DNA from: a virus
Lineage: Duplodnaviria > Caudoviricetes
IMG/VR virus record: IMGVR_UViG_3300032295_002377
Span: 1 to 25,727 of that record
DNA: 25,727 nucleotides
Reading direction: 5' to 3' (one strand)
Below are positions 9,083-17,279 of this stretch, in pieces. The number at the start of each line of letters is the position of its first letter. Positions within the stretch are counted from its first letter, which is position 1. The position numbers and the translations under genes were made by a program. The notes beneath the pieces are model-generated. The model ran no database searches. It was not told the DNA's origin and saw only the letters and a list, made by a program, of their open reading frames with translations.

Positions 9083-9622
9083 CTAAAAACATTTTTTTAG
9101 CATATCATAATTTTTGTCTGGGCTCACAAACCATACATTGTCTGGCCCAACTTCAAAATTAGGAAAACGTTCGGACACTGCTTGATGAACTGCAGGAAAG
9201 TTGATATCGTGTCCTATGAACCATCCTGATGATTTGAGCTTGGGATTCCAAGCATCTATATCGCGAACTACAGATTTATAACTGTGTCCAGCATCAATAA
9301 AATAAAAATCAAGACTGTGATCAGGAACATTGCATGACACAATCCAACTTGTGCCTGGCAAAACTTTCAATCGTTCGCCGTAACGGTTTGCAACTGCGCT
9401 GTTGTAAAATTGTGAAATGTCTTTGTCGGCTGCCCACATTGTGAGAGCAGGATTTTGATCCAGCAGATAAAAACTGGTTCTGCCTGTGCGCACACCTATC
9501 TCTGCTCCCTGTGTCCAGCCAAAGTGTTTTACCAAATCATTGATAAACATTTCTCTACGACCATTTGCGCCAGCACTGTTGTATGTTTTTGGTACATAGA
9601 GAAGCTGTTTGCCTGACTTCAT
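9083..9622 (-). CDS. Class I SAM-dependent methyltransferase (Methyltransf_24-like), 179 aa
   Basis: GAEIGVRTG, LDFYFIDAGHSY, LKSSGWFIGHD. Start at ATG 9622 overlaps the uvsY stop (ATGA). Confidence 0.82.
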   Translation of the reverse strand: MKSGKQLLYVPKTYNSAGANGRREMFINDLVKHFGWTQGAEIGVRTGRTSFYLLDQNPALTMWAADKDISQFYNSAVANRYGERLKVLPGTSWIVSCNVPDHSLDFYFIDAGHSYKSVVRDIDAWNPKLKSSGWFIGHDINFPAVHQAVSERFPNFEVGPDNVWFVSPDKNYDMLKKCF

Positions 9623-10071
9623 ACTGTGATGTCTTCCATGCCTGCTGTGCGCAGTCTCACGATGTGTCCCAGTTGCCACTGTTTGCTGTCAAGACCTTTC
9701 ATGATGCCCAACCAGGTATTGCGCAAAAAGGCCACTTCATTGATAATGGTTTCGAAGTCAACCACTTCGTCTTCACCGTCAACGTATTTTTCAGCGTCTC
9801 TACTGGTTAAAGCACGAGCATAACTTTCAAGATACTTTTGAAAGTGTTTGCGTCGTATCTTGCGCAGTTGAATGTTGAGGAAGTTCAACACAGCTTCAAT
9901 TTCCTGCAGCTGATTGAAACGCTGTTCTGTGATGCCAGGCAGTTCTTTGATACGATGCTCAACCATGCCTCCGATCCTACAGTCGCGTTTGGCTTCTTCT
10001 AGCTCACGTTCATAATGAGCTATGAAGTCTGGTATGTGTGAGAGATCTTTGGTTATTCGATTATACCACAT
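9619..10071 (-). CDS. uvsY: UvsY-like recombination mediator protein
   Basis: 150-aa helical protein with KYLESY.RALTSRDAEKYVDGE and GIMKGLDSKQWQLGHIVRLRTAG; lies downstream of uvsX. Confidence 0.82.
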   Translation of the reverse strand: MWYNRITKDLSHIPDFIAHYERELEEAKRDCRIGGMVEHRIKELPGITEQRFNQLQEIEAVLNFLNIQLRKIRRKHFQKYLESYARALTSRDAEKYVDGEDEVVDFETIINEVAFLRNTWLGIMKGLDSKQWQLGHIVRLRTAGMEDITV

Positions 10072-11257
10072 GGTTCAGCCATTGTACGAAACTTGCGGGC
10101 AGGATGTCAAGCGATAACCCACGTCTACGAGCAAATTCAATCACGTATTTTGCACAGTTTGAGCGTTGTTGTTCGGTGGGCTCGGTCATGATAGCACCAA
10201 GGATGATGTTTTTGGCTTCAGCAGGTAATTTGTCCACTGTGGCCAAGACCTTTTGTTTGCTGTCAGGATCCATGACATGCACTCCTAGATAGTCTGGATC
10301 TGTGCAGGCCTGAAACGCCAAGGGCACAAGTCCGGCCCAGTCAACAAAGCGTTCTAGATCAAACACCGTGAGGTTGCTGATCACACTGGAAAAACTGTAT
10401 GCCATTTGACGTTGTTCTATGGCTTCGATGTTGGCAACAAATCTTGACCAGGTATTGCCTGCACGATTGAACTCATAATGAGCCTCGATATTCTCTGCAC
10501 TGACCACAAGACTGAGATTGGGATACAGGGACGCTGTGTCAAGCTCGCGCTTGAATCTCTGAGGATCTACCCCTAGACCTGTCCACACCGTGACTGGAAC
10601 TGCAAAAGGCATCTGTGCAAGAAGATCTGGCAGGTCATTGTAGAGAAAAGGTTCGCCGCCACTGATCATGATGCCGCGCAGTTTTCCTGTGTGTACCAGT
10701 TGGCCAATCTCTTTCATCAACAGTCGACGATTGTCTGTGGCCAAATCTCGCTGACTCACATACAAGCGTACTCGATCACGATCGTTTAGAGTCAGCCTAT
10801 CGTCGCGACCCAGCACTTCATAGTCGCCATTTTTTTGTATTTCTCTGATCCAACCGGTGCTGTAGTGTTTGCAGCAATAACTGCAGGTCATGTTGCAGTC
10901 TTTGCCCACCATGATGTTGAGAATTTCTGGATCACTGCGAAGATTGGTATGAGTGGGCTCATGGCTCTGCATGACCTGTCGGCGACTGGGGATGCCTTGT
11001 GCTTCGGCTGCCCAACAGGTGCTGTTGCAACTGGCCACTGGCAGACCGTTGAGCATGGCTGCTCGCTCTGCCAACAGTTCTGGTGTGTTGAAAAGGCTGC
11101 CTGTGTTTTCACGCAGCCAATCAAAATTCACACGGTGTGGCGAAGCCGAGCAGCAACTCTGTAACTGACTCTTGTCAAGATCAACACTGAGCCACCAAAA
11201 TTTTTGGCTGCAATAAAACTCAGGAAGGATATCAGTCGTCCCAGTCGGGTTCGTCAT
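10061..11257 (-). CDS. Radical SAM enzyme with N-terminal twitch/SPASM-like cysteines (paralog A), about 398 aa
   Basis: CNMTCSYC (CxxxCxxC) and SGGEPFL; N-terminal C-x18-CC...CNSTC. Start uncertain; ATG 11257 chosen to minimise overlap with the upstream gene. Confidence 0.85.
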   Translation of the reverse strand: MTNPTGTTDILPEFYCSQKFWWLSVDLDKSQLQSCCSASPHRVNFDWLRENTGSLFNTPELLAERAAMLNGLPVASCNSTCWAAEAQGIPSRRQVMQSHEPTHTNLRSDPEILNIMVGKDCNMTCSYCCKHYSTGWIREIQKNGDYEVLGRDDRLTLNDRDRVRLYVSQRDLATDNRRLLMKEIGQLVHTGKLRGIMISGGEPFLYNDLPDLLAQMPFAVPVTVWTGLGVDPQRFKRELDTASLYPNLSLVVSAENIEAHYEFNRAGNTWSRFVANIEAIEQRQMAYSFSSVISNLTVFDLERFVDWAGLVPLAFQACTDPDYLGVHVMDPDSKQKVLATVDKLPAEAKNIILGAIMTEPTEQQRSNCAKYVIEFARRRGLSLDILPASFVQWLNHVV

Positions 11258-11468
11258 CGTATTCTTCTTCGTCTTCCTGTTGATCAAGATACGCGGCCAG
11301 GGCTCGTTTGATGTCAGCGTCGCCCTTGAAAGCATCGCGAATATCATCGGGGTCACAATCATTGTCAATCAATGTACTGACCACTGTTTCTGCTGCTTCT
11401 GCTCGATCCACTGCTGGAATATAGTGTTTTAATTCATCCCAAAGATCTGTTACCAAACCATCAATCAT
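11232..11468 (-). CDS. Small highly acidic hypothetical protein, 78 aa
   Basis: ATG 11468 overlaps the uvsX TGA and is preceded by GAGGAGG; 27 of 78 residues are D or E. Confidence 0.8.
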   Translation of the reverse strand: MIDGLVTDLWDELKHYIPAVDRAEAAETVVSTLIDNDCDPDDIRDAFKGDADIKRALAAYLDQQEDEEEYDDEPDWDD

Positions 11469-12523
11469 TGTGCCTCCTCGATTTCTGATGCTGCTGCGGT
11501 TTCTTTGAAGTTGCTGAAGTCTGCCATCACACGATCCAAACAACCATCTTCGTTGCTTTCCCAAGCCTTGCGGAACTGCTTGATAACTTCACCGTCTGTG
11601 GTGGTGAATGCCAGACGATTGCCATCTTTCTTGAGCAAGCCTTTTTTCTCAGCAAGATCCACAAGACCGCTGTAGGGATTCATGCCTGTTTCATAAGGAA
11701 TCTTGACCTGCACACCTTCAAACGGTTTGGCATAGCGAGTTTTCATTACCTTGCAGGCCGACCTAATGCCCATAACGTCTGAAATCTTGTTGCCATCCTC
11801 GTCCTCTTTGAGCTTGAGTTTTTTCATGGCCACAACAATTGAGCTGGCATAGATGAAACCTTGGCCACCTGAAATTTTGTCATCAGGATCAAACATGTCT
11901 TGACTTGCGTATGTGTGATTGGTACACACCAGGCCCACATTGTAGCTACCAAACATGTTGACACAGTTACGCACCAAGGCAGTAAGTGCTTTGGGCTTGC
12001 GACCTAAATCGCCTTTCATTTCGCCTGCTTCAAACTGATTGACATCTGTGGGTGTGAGCAGCATGCCCAGACTGTCGATGATAAACAATACCTTGGGTCG
12101 CTCACCATCAGCCAAGGCCTTGTAGTCTGCCATGAATGTGCTGATGGTTTTGGCCACATCGTCAATCATGGCCATGCTGAGTTTGAGCAGTTTGCTTTCG
12201 TCTGTGCTCACTCCCAAGGCATGCAGCCAGGCCTCGTCAAGAGCGTTTTCGCTGTCAATCAACACCACAAAGATACCTTGTTCCTGAGCATTTTTGATGA
12301 TGTTGCCGCTACAAATGTAACTCTTGCCGGCACCACTTTCACCTGCAAACACTGTGACCTTGCCTAGCGGAACACCGCGGTTGAAGTCTCCGGAAATTAG
12401 ATAGTTCAGTGCATAGTTACCGGTAGAGATCCAGTCAGTGGGATCGTTAAAGCCAATTGATAATCCATCAATGCTTTTGGTGATTTCTTTTCTAAATTTG
12501 CTTACGTCAAAAGGTTTACCCAT
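11465..12523 (-). CDS. uvsX: UvsX / RecA-like recombinase, 352 aa
   Basis: STGNYALNYLISG, Walker A GESGAGKS, LIDSENA, Walker B FIIDSLG, TNHTY, SGGQG..YASS and KTRYAKP. Confidence 0.95.
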   Translation of the reverse strand: MGKPFDVSKFRKEITKSIDGLSIGFNDPTDWISTGNYALNYLISGDFNRGVPLGKVTVFAGESGAGKSYICSGNIIKNAQEQGIFVVLIDSENALDEAWLHALGVSTDESKLLKLSMAMIDDVAKTISTFMADYKALADGERPKVLFIIDSLGMLLTPTDVNQFEAGEMKGDLGRKPKALTALVRNCVNMFGSYNVGLVCTNHTYASQDMFDPDDKISGGQGFIYASSIVVAMKKLKLKEDEDGNKISDVMGIRSACKVMKTRYAKPFEGVQVKIPYETGMNPYSGLVDLAEKKGLLKKDGNRLAFTTTDGEVIKQFRKAWESNEDGCLDRVMADFSNFKETAAASEIEEAQ

Positions 12524-13439
12524 GTTTGTCTGCCTCAATAAAATTTAAAATTTGTTCAAAATACAGTTGGTGCTGCTGTGGTCCAGGATGTAGTCCATCA
12601 GCTGCATAGTCAACAAAACCTGCTCGTGAGTGCTGTACCTTATGCACAAGTTCTATGAATCTTGGATACTGTTTCAAACACACAGACATCCAGTTTATAT
12701 CCAAAAAATTTGCCAAGTAAAGTTTCACACCCAGTTTGTTGCAGAAGTTAATTACCTGCTGTATGCTACGCAGGCAAAATAAGGTTTGTGTTTCACTTTC
12801 AAAATAGTCAATGTTCCAATACCTGCGGCTGCTGTCAAGTGCGGAATATGAGTTCACTGTTTCACACTGCATGGTCCAGTTTTGAGCATAGTCTACTCTA
12901 GTGACATTGGTAAGCCCCCATACCACTGTATCGCCGGGCTGCAAATCTGACATCATGATTTGGTCAGCACTCCACCAAACACTGGTACCACCTTGCGCAA
13001 GATTGATCACAGGCAGTTCAAGTGCCTGGGCCAATAAATTACGCCAGGCTTGACTGGGCTCAACATCTCTGGCTTCGGTCATGCTACAGCCTGCTGTCCA
13101 TAATACTGCACCGCTGCCAACACGACTGTGACACTGTTGCAGATTACACTGCCAATTCACCTCAATGCCTTGACGATGCAGAGCATTCAGTAACCTACCG
13201 TGAGCAGCAAAGTTGTCATGACTGTGTTGATCAAAATCAAAATCAACCAGCTGCACTGACCTGGCTGCTGATACAGCGGATTCAATGTTATCGTACCCAA
13301 GATCCTCTACCGAAGTCTTGAAGTCCAGTGGCACACTGGAGGCCACCATGGACGCTAGGTTGTCAGCTGACAGCCAATGAGCATCAATATCACGCCAGTC
13401 ATGGTATTGATGACTTATGTACAATGTATCAATGGCCAT
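12516..13439 (-). CDS. SGNH/GDSL-like hydrolase or acyltransferase, 307 aa
   Basis: Block I AGCSMT, block II INLAQGGTS and block V DGLHPG (DxxH). Start moved to ATG 13439. Confidence 0.72.
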   Translation of the reverse strand: MAIDTLYISHQYHDWRDIDAHWLSADNLASMVASSVPLDFKTSVEDLGYDNIESAVSAARSVQLVDFDFDQHSHDNFAAHGRLLNALHRQGIEVNWQCNLQQCHSRVGSGAVLWTAGCSMTEARDVEPSQAWRNLLAQALELPVINLAQGGTSVWWSADQIMMSDLQPGDTVVWGLTNVTRVDYAQNWTMQCETVNSYSALDSSRRYWNIDYFESETQTLFCLRSIQQVINFCNKLGVKLYLANFLDINWMSVCLKQYPRFIELVHKVQHSRAGFVDYAADGLHPGPQQHQLYFEQILNFIEADKHG

Positions 13440-14562
13440 ATAACACAGGAAACACAGTTTGGCTGTCACAGCCTCGACGTTGATCCATGATCTTGAGCTG
13501 CGCAAGGCTGTGCTCAAAGTTTTTTTCTGTTGTAGTCTGCAAGTATCTCAAAAGATTTTGATAGCTGTTTTCCAATAGAAATCCTGGATTGTCTGCAATG
13601 CGACGCTGTAATTCGTTCACAACAGATTCTAACACACTGCCAGGCAAATGTCTAATGTTTAGATGATCTGGCTCTAACAGTGCGCCAATCACGAACGCAT
13701 TGGCATGAAATCCTTGACAGCGAAGCCAATCTATGCATTTGAAAATTGACAAAGGATTGAGCAAGAAATGCAGCATATTAAAAGTGATTCGGTGATCCAA
13801 CTGTTGAATGTGTTTGAGATTGTGAACAAAATCCTGCCACTTGCCACCCCAGCGAATGTATTCAAATTCCTGTTCAATGGATTCTACACTCACTGTCCAA
13901 TGCACATTTTTGAATTCACACACACGTTCAAATACTTCAGTGTCTACACGACTGAGATTGGTGTTGATTCTTATGTTGGTGTTAGGATCAAGTGCTACCA
14001 ACAGTTCCAGATTCTCACGCATCAATAGAGGTTCGCCTCCAGCCAAGTACACATGCCGCAAATTATGCGCTTGATCCAAAATCCAGTTTTTGAAATTGTC
14101 TACCTGCTGTGGTTCAGGGCGCTGTGGCCATGTGTTCAGTTCACTGGCCCAGCGACTACTGAATTCTGGACTGCAATACACACAGGCAAAGTTGCACAGA
14201 TTGCTCCACCTTATGTCAACTGTGTGCAACTGATGTTGACCTGGTTCATACAGTCCGAGATCCACATGTTTGAGTTCCTTGATGTAAAACACTCTGTCAC
14301 TGATGATATTGAAACTACGGGATTCACCTTCAAGATCTTTGCACGGACTGCAACTCAAAACTGCCTTACCAGTCACAATACTGTGTTGTCTTTGACGATT
14401 TTCTCCCGTGGTCAGCAGACTTTGGATGTCTTGATCTTTGATATTGCCAATTGCATCGCTGCTGCGTATGCAATTTTTTACGGTGCCGTCATGATTGTAC
14501 ATCACACCAGCCCAGGGCATGGGACAGAAGTGTGGATTGGTCAACATGTCCTTAGGTGTCAT
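13429..14562 (-). CDS. Radical SAM enzyme with N-terminal twitch-like domain (paralog B), 377 aa
   Basis: CNFACVYC, AGGEPLL, INTN and EYIRWGGKW; N-terminal FCPMPW...DGTVKNC...CSPC. Confidence 0.9.
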   Translation of the reverse strand: MTPKDMLTNPHFCPMPWAGVMYNHDGTVKNCIRSSDAIGNIKDQDIQSLLTTGENRQRQHSIVTGKAVLSCSPCKDLEGESRSFNIISDRVFYIKELKHVDLGLYEPGQHQLHTVDIRWSNLCNFACVYCSPEFSSRWASELNTWPQRPEPQQVDNFKNWILDQAHNLRHVYLAGGEPLLMRENLELLVALDPNTNIRINTNLSRVDTEVFERVCEFKNVHWTVSVESIEQEFEYIRWGGKWQDFVHNLKHIQQLDHRITFNMLHFLLNPLSIFKCIDWLRCQGFHANAFVIGALLEPDHLNIRHLPGSVLESVVNELQRRIADNPGFLLENSYQNLLRYLQTTTEKNFEHSLAQLKIMDQRRGCDSQTVFPVLYGH

Positions 14563-15097
14563 AACTGGGCCCAAGGCTTATGTCATATACCTGTAGGGAA
14601 GGATCAGTGTCGTACAACATTGCCATCAAGGTACGTGTCCACAATTCAAGATCAGCCGAAGGTGGCACTGTTTTTTCTGGAGTGGTGGCAATGTCTCCTG
14701 GACGCACTAGATAAATTTTCAACGTTGGATCAATCAGTCTCAACTGCCGCACTGATTCTTCAAGTGCAACCTTTTGCACTCTGTAGTGAGCCATGTCATA
14801 TCCCGGCATCACACTCACAGGATCCTGCGCCATCATGGTAGATACAACCACAATAGACTTGCCAGTATTGTGCCATCGCTCGGCCACACTCCACAGCAGT
14901 TGTGTTTGTGCAAAACCGCTTTGAGCATTGTTCACAAACACATCACAGTCGGCGATAACATTGGTGACTTTTTCAGTAAGATGTATATTGTATCCAGTTC
15001 GCCGACTTAGACCTACTACTTCGTGGCCGCGCTGTTGATATTCACGAGCCAGGGCTTTGCCTATGCCATTAGTGTGTCCGGTTATAGCGATCTTCAT
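14552..15097 (-). CDS. Short-chain dehydrogenase/reductase
   Basis: ITGHTNGIG (TGxxxGxG), FVNNA, VVST, YRVQK (YxxxK), VRPGDIAT. Confidence 0.87.
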   Translation of the reverse strand: MKIAITGHTNGIGKALAREYQQRGHEVVGLSRRTGYNIHLTEKVTNVIADCDVFVNNAQSGFAQTQLLWSVAERWHNTGKSIVVVSTMMAQDPVSVMPGYDMAHYRVQKVALEESVRQLRLIDPTLKIYLVRPGDIATTPEKTVPPSADLELWTRTLMAMLYDTDPSLQVYDISLGPSYDT

Positions 15098-15654
15098 TGC
15101 AACAACTCCACGGGTTCACGGAAAAAAGTAAAACTGGCCACTATTCTAGGCACGCCCACAGGGTCAATGCTCTCCACACTGTGAGCTCTGCCACTGTTAA
15201 ACACAATAGGACAAGGCATATCTAAAAGCTCATCACACATGCTAACTTGTTCACGAGGTATGGTGGACAAATCATATACCAGTTTACCAAATTGATTGAT
15301 TTGTTGTGGACAACCCTGCAACACCCGCGGGTCTATGTGGTACCAGCGATTGGCCCAACCTGCGGTGTTCAATACAGGAAAATTAATCTTGGCCACCATC
15401 GGCGCTTCGTCAATGTGCATGGGCAACTGATCGTTGTTTCGGATCACTGTTACAGCACTGTGTCTAGGCATCAAACCCAAATCTTTAAACCATGCAGCCA
15501 ACTCCGGAACATGTTGCAACAGTGCCCGGGTGTCAAGAAAATTCCAACCAAGATCACCTGTGGTCAGAGTCATGGTACGATTGGTCACAAAGTCAAGAAT
15601 GCCTTGTGCGATCTCTGACTGCTGCTGACAATGTAATTTAACATAAGACTTCAC
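15094..15654 (-). CDS. Putative 2OG-Fe(II) dioxygenase / DSBH-fold protein, 186 aa
   Basis: PMHID (HxD), KINFPV, distal AHSV and RIVASF fit the HxD...H...R pattern. GTG start at 15654 is preceded by AGGAGA. Confidence 0.6.
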   Translation of the reverse strand: MKSYVKLHCQQQSEIAQGILDFVTNRTMTLTTGDLGWNFLDTRALLQHVPELAAWFKDLGLMPRHSAVTVIRNNDQLPMHIDEAPMVAKINFPVLNTAGWANRWYHIDPRVLQGCPQQINQFGKLVYDLSTIPREQVSMCDELLDMPCPIVFNSGRAHSVESIDPVGVPRIVASFTFFREPVELLQ

Positions 15655-16627
15655 TGAGATATCTCCTGTAATCAATACCACGCAGTTGATCCTGTTGTTG
15701 CAAGAACTGGTTGAGTTCTTGGGTGTTGTCTCTATCAACTGCAATGTGTTGCAGCAACGCCTGACTGGCCGAATGGCGCAAGGTGATTTTGGCAGCTCGT
15801 GTAAATGCATTGCTGTACTTTACATGCAACGCATCAGGCTGGTGCAACAATGCATAACTGTGTTGTCCTTGAACCTGATCCATGTACTCAAAAATTCTAT
15901 CAAGATTCATGACATTTAGAGCATTGACTGTGGTCCAGTGGTTGAGTTTGATGCCAGGCATGTTTCTATACACCGCAAGATTCTGTTCAAATCTATGCCA
16001 AGCGATTGGCCAACGCACATAATCATGCACAGTGCCCACACCATCAAAACTCACCGTCACAGTAACATCCACTCCGCGTTGAGCTATTTGCTCAAGTTCT
16101 GTAATTACCAAACCGCAATTGGTGTTGATTCTAATGCTGGTGACACTGTCAGGCAGTGTCTGTAGCAGTCTACGATAGTTTGGACTGGCACTGGGTTCTC
16201 CACCATTGATGTCAAGATGCACCACTCTGTGCAAAGGCAGTTGCCAAAACCTATTGCTGTTGTCAACTATGGGATAATTTCTTCCATGTAGGCTGCCTAT
16301 CTTGGTACTGAGTTCTTGGCTGCAGAATTGACAGGCACTGTTGCATACATTATCCAACACGCCGCCAACCACAAGATAATCTGGTCTAGTCTGTTGTTGA
16401 TGGAAGCGTATGGCATGCACACGAACGCTGTCATTGCCCATAACTTCTGTTTCACGACAGCGCCGACATTCTGTTGGCCATGTCTGCTGTTTGATGGTGT
16501 ACAACCAGGCACTGTTACTCATCTCTGTGAGATCCGTGAACTCTGGTGCACCAATCATGTGACCACATCGGCTCACTGTGCCGTTAGGGTTGAATCTCAC
16601 AAAGTGATCAAGTCTTGGGCAAAACAT
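15638..16627 (-). CDS. Radical SAM enzyme with N-terminal twitch-like domain (paralog C), 329 aa
   Basis: CNSACQFC, NGGEPS, INTN, VSFDG and DYVRWPIAW; N-terminal FCPRL...NGTVSRC...CRRC. Confidence 0.9.
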   Translation of the reverse strand: MFCPRLDHFVRFNPNGTVSRCGHMIGAPEFTDLTEMSNSAWLYTIKQQTWPTECRRCRETEVMGNDSVRVHAIRFHQQQTRPDYLVVGGVLDNVCNSACQFCSQELSTKIGSLHGRNYPIVDNSNRFWQLPLHRVVHLDINGGEPSASPNYRRLLQTLPDSVTSIRINTNCGLVITELEQIAQRGVDVTVTVSFDGVGTVHDYVRWPIAWHRFEQNLAVYRNMPGIKLNHWTTVNALNVMNLDRIFEYMDQVQGQHSYALLHQPDALHVKYSNAFTRAAKITLRHSASQALLQHIAVDRDNTQELNQFLQQQDQLRGIDYRRYLSEVLC

Positions 16628-17279
16628 CAACTAGAGCTGTGAGTTGTTGACTGCGTTTGAAAATCAAATCATAAAGTTCTGTATGTTGACTGTGAATTTT
16701 GTCAATCAACTGTGCAAAGGTTGTGGGTTGACCTATGTGGTCAACAATGATTTGATCAAGGAACATGTAAAGTTCTAGGGCATGCCAATCAAAATTCTTG
16801 ATGCGATTGGCCAGCCATGGTGTCACAGGTTGTACTCCTGCATCACTGTTGAGGTCAGTGAACTTGGCAATGGCATGCATGGGTTGAAAATCTAAAATTT
16901 GGTCGCGTCTGCCATATGCAGCCAAATGCAACAACCAGTGGAATTGCGGTGCATAGTGTCTGTTCAAAAAAAGATAATGCTCTACAAACCAAAGTATGGT
17001 ATTGACCGCTAGATCAGGATTTTTGGCCAGCAGATGCTGTATGTAGGTGTTTACTCCGCTGACAAATCTCTCTCGTGGATCTCTTACAAAAACCGTGATA
17101 GGCACAGTGATGTTTGCTATGTCATGATTGACCACCAATTGCCACCCACGATCAGGCAAGGTTTCATACAAACTGCTACGTCCACATTTGAAAATAGGGT
17201 ACACGTACCTAGAGCCTGGTTCTATCTCTATGACTTCGCAATGATCAGGGAAGATGGTTTTGGTTATTTCGTCAAGCAT
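16608..17279 (-). CDS. Sulfotransferase-like protein (Sulfotransfer_2 type)
   Basis: 5'-PSB-like PIFKCGRSSL, 3'-PB-like FVRDPRERFVSG, and HYAPQ. Confidence 0.7.
   Translation of the reverse strand: MLDEITKTIFPDHCEVIEIEPGSRYVYPIFKCGRSSLYETLPDRGWQLVVNHDIANITVPITVFVRDPRERFVSGVNTYIQHLLAKNPDLAVNTILWFVEHYLFLNRHYAPQFHWLLHLAAYGRRDQILDFQPMHAIAKFTDLNSDAGVQPVTPWLANRIKNFDWHALELYMFLDQIIVDHIGQPTTFAQLIDKIHSQHTELYDLIFKRSQQLTALVDVLPKT

Noticed and set aside
80-9622. Interpretation as a bacterial O-antigen or capsule locus
   Set aside because: It is contiguous with uvsY, uvsX, gp32 and gp17, includes a T4 late-promoter box, and lacks recognisable wzx, wzy or ABC export genes.
11258-11368. N-terminal extensions in the ORF track (also at 4588, 5511, 6404, 7201, 9679, 11564, 12538, 13517, 14574 and 15810)
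   Set aside because: They run deep into upstream genes; downstream ATG or GTG starts give short overlaps or better Shine-Dalgarno sequences.
14053-14841. 262-aa plus-strand ORF
   Set aside because: It is antisense to well-supported radical SAM and SDR genes and has no recognisable motifs; a shadow ORF.
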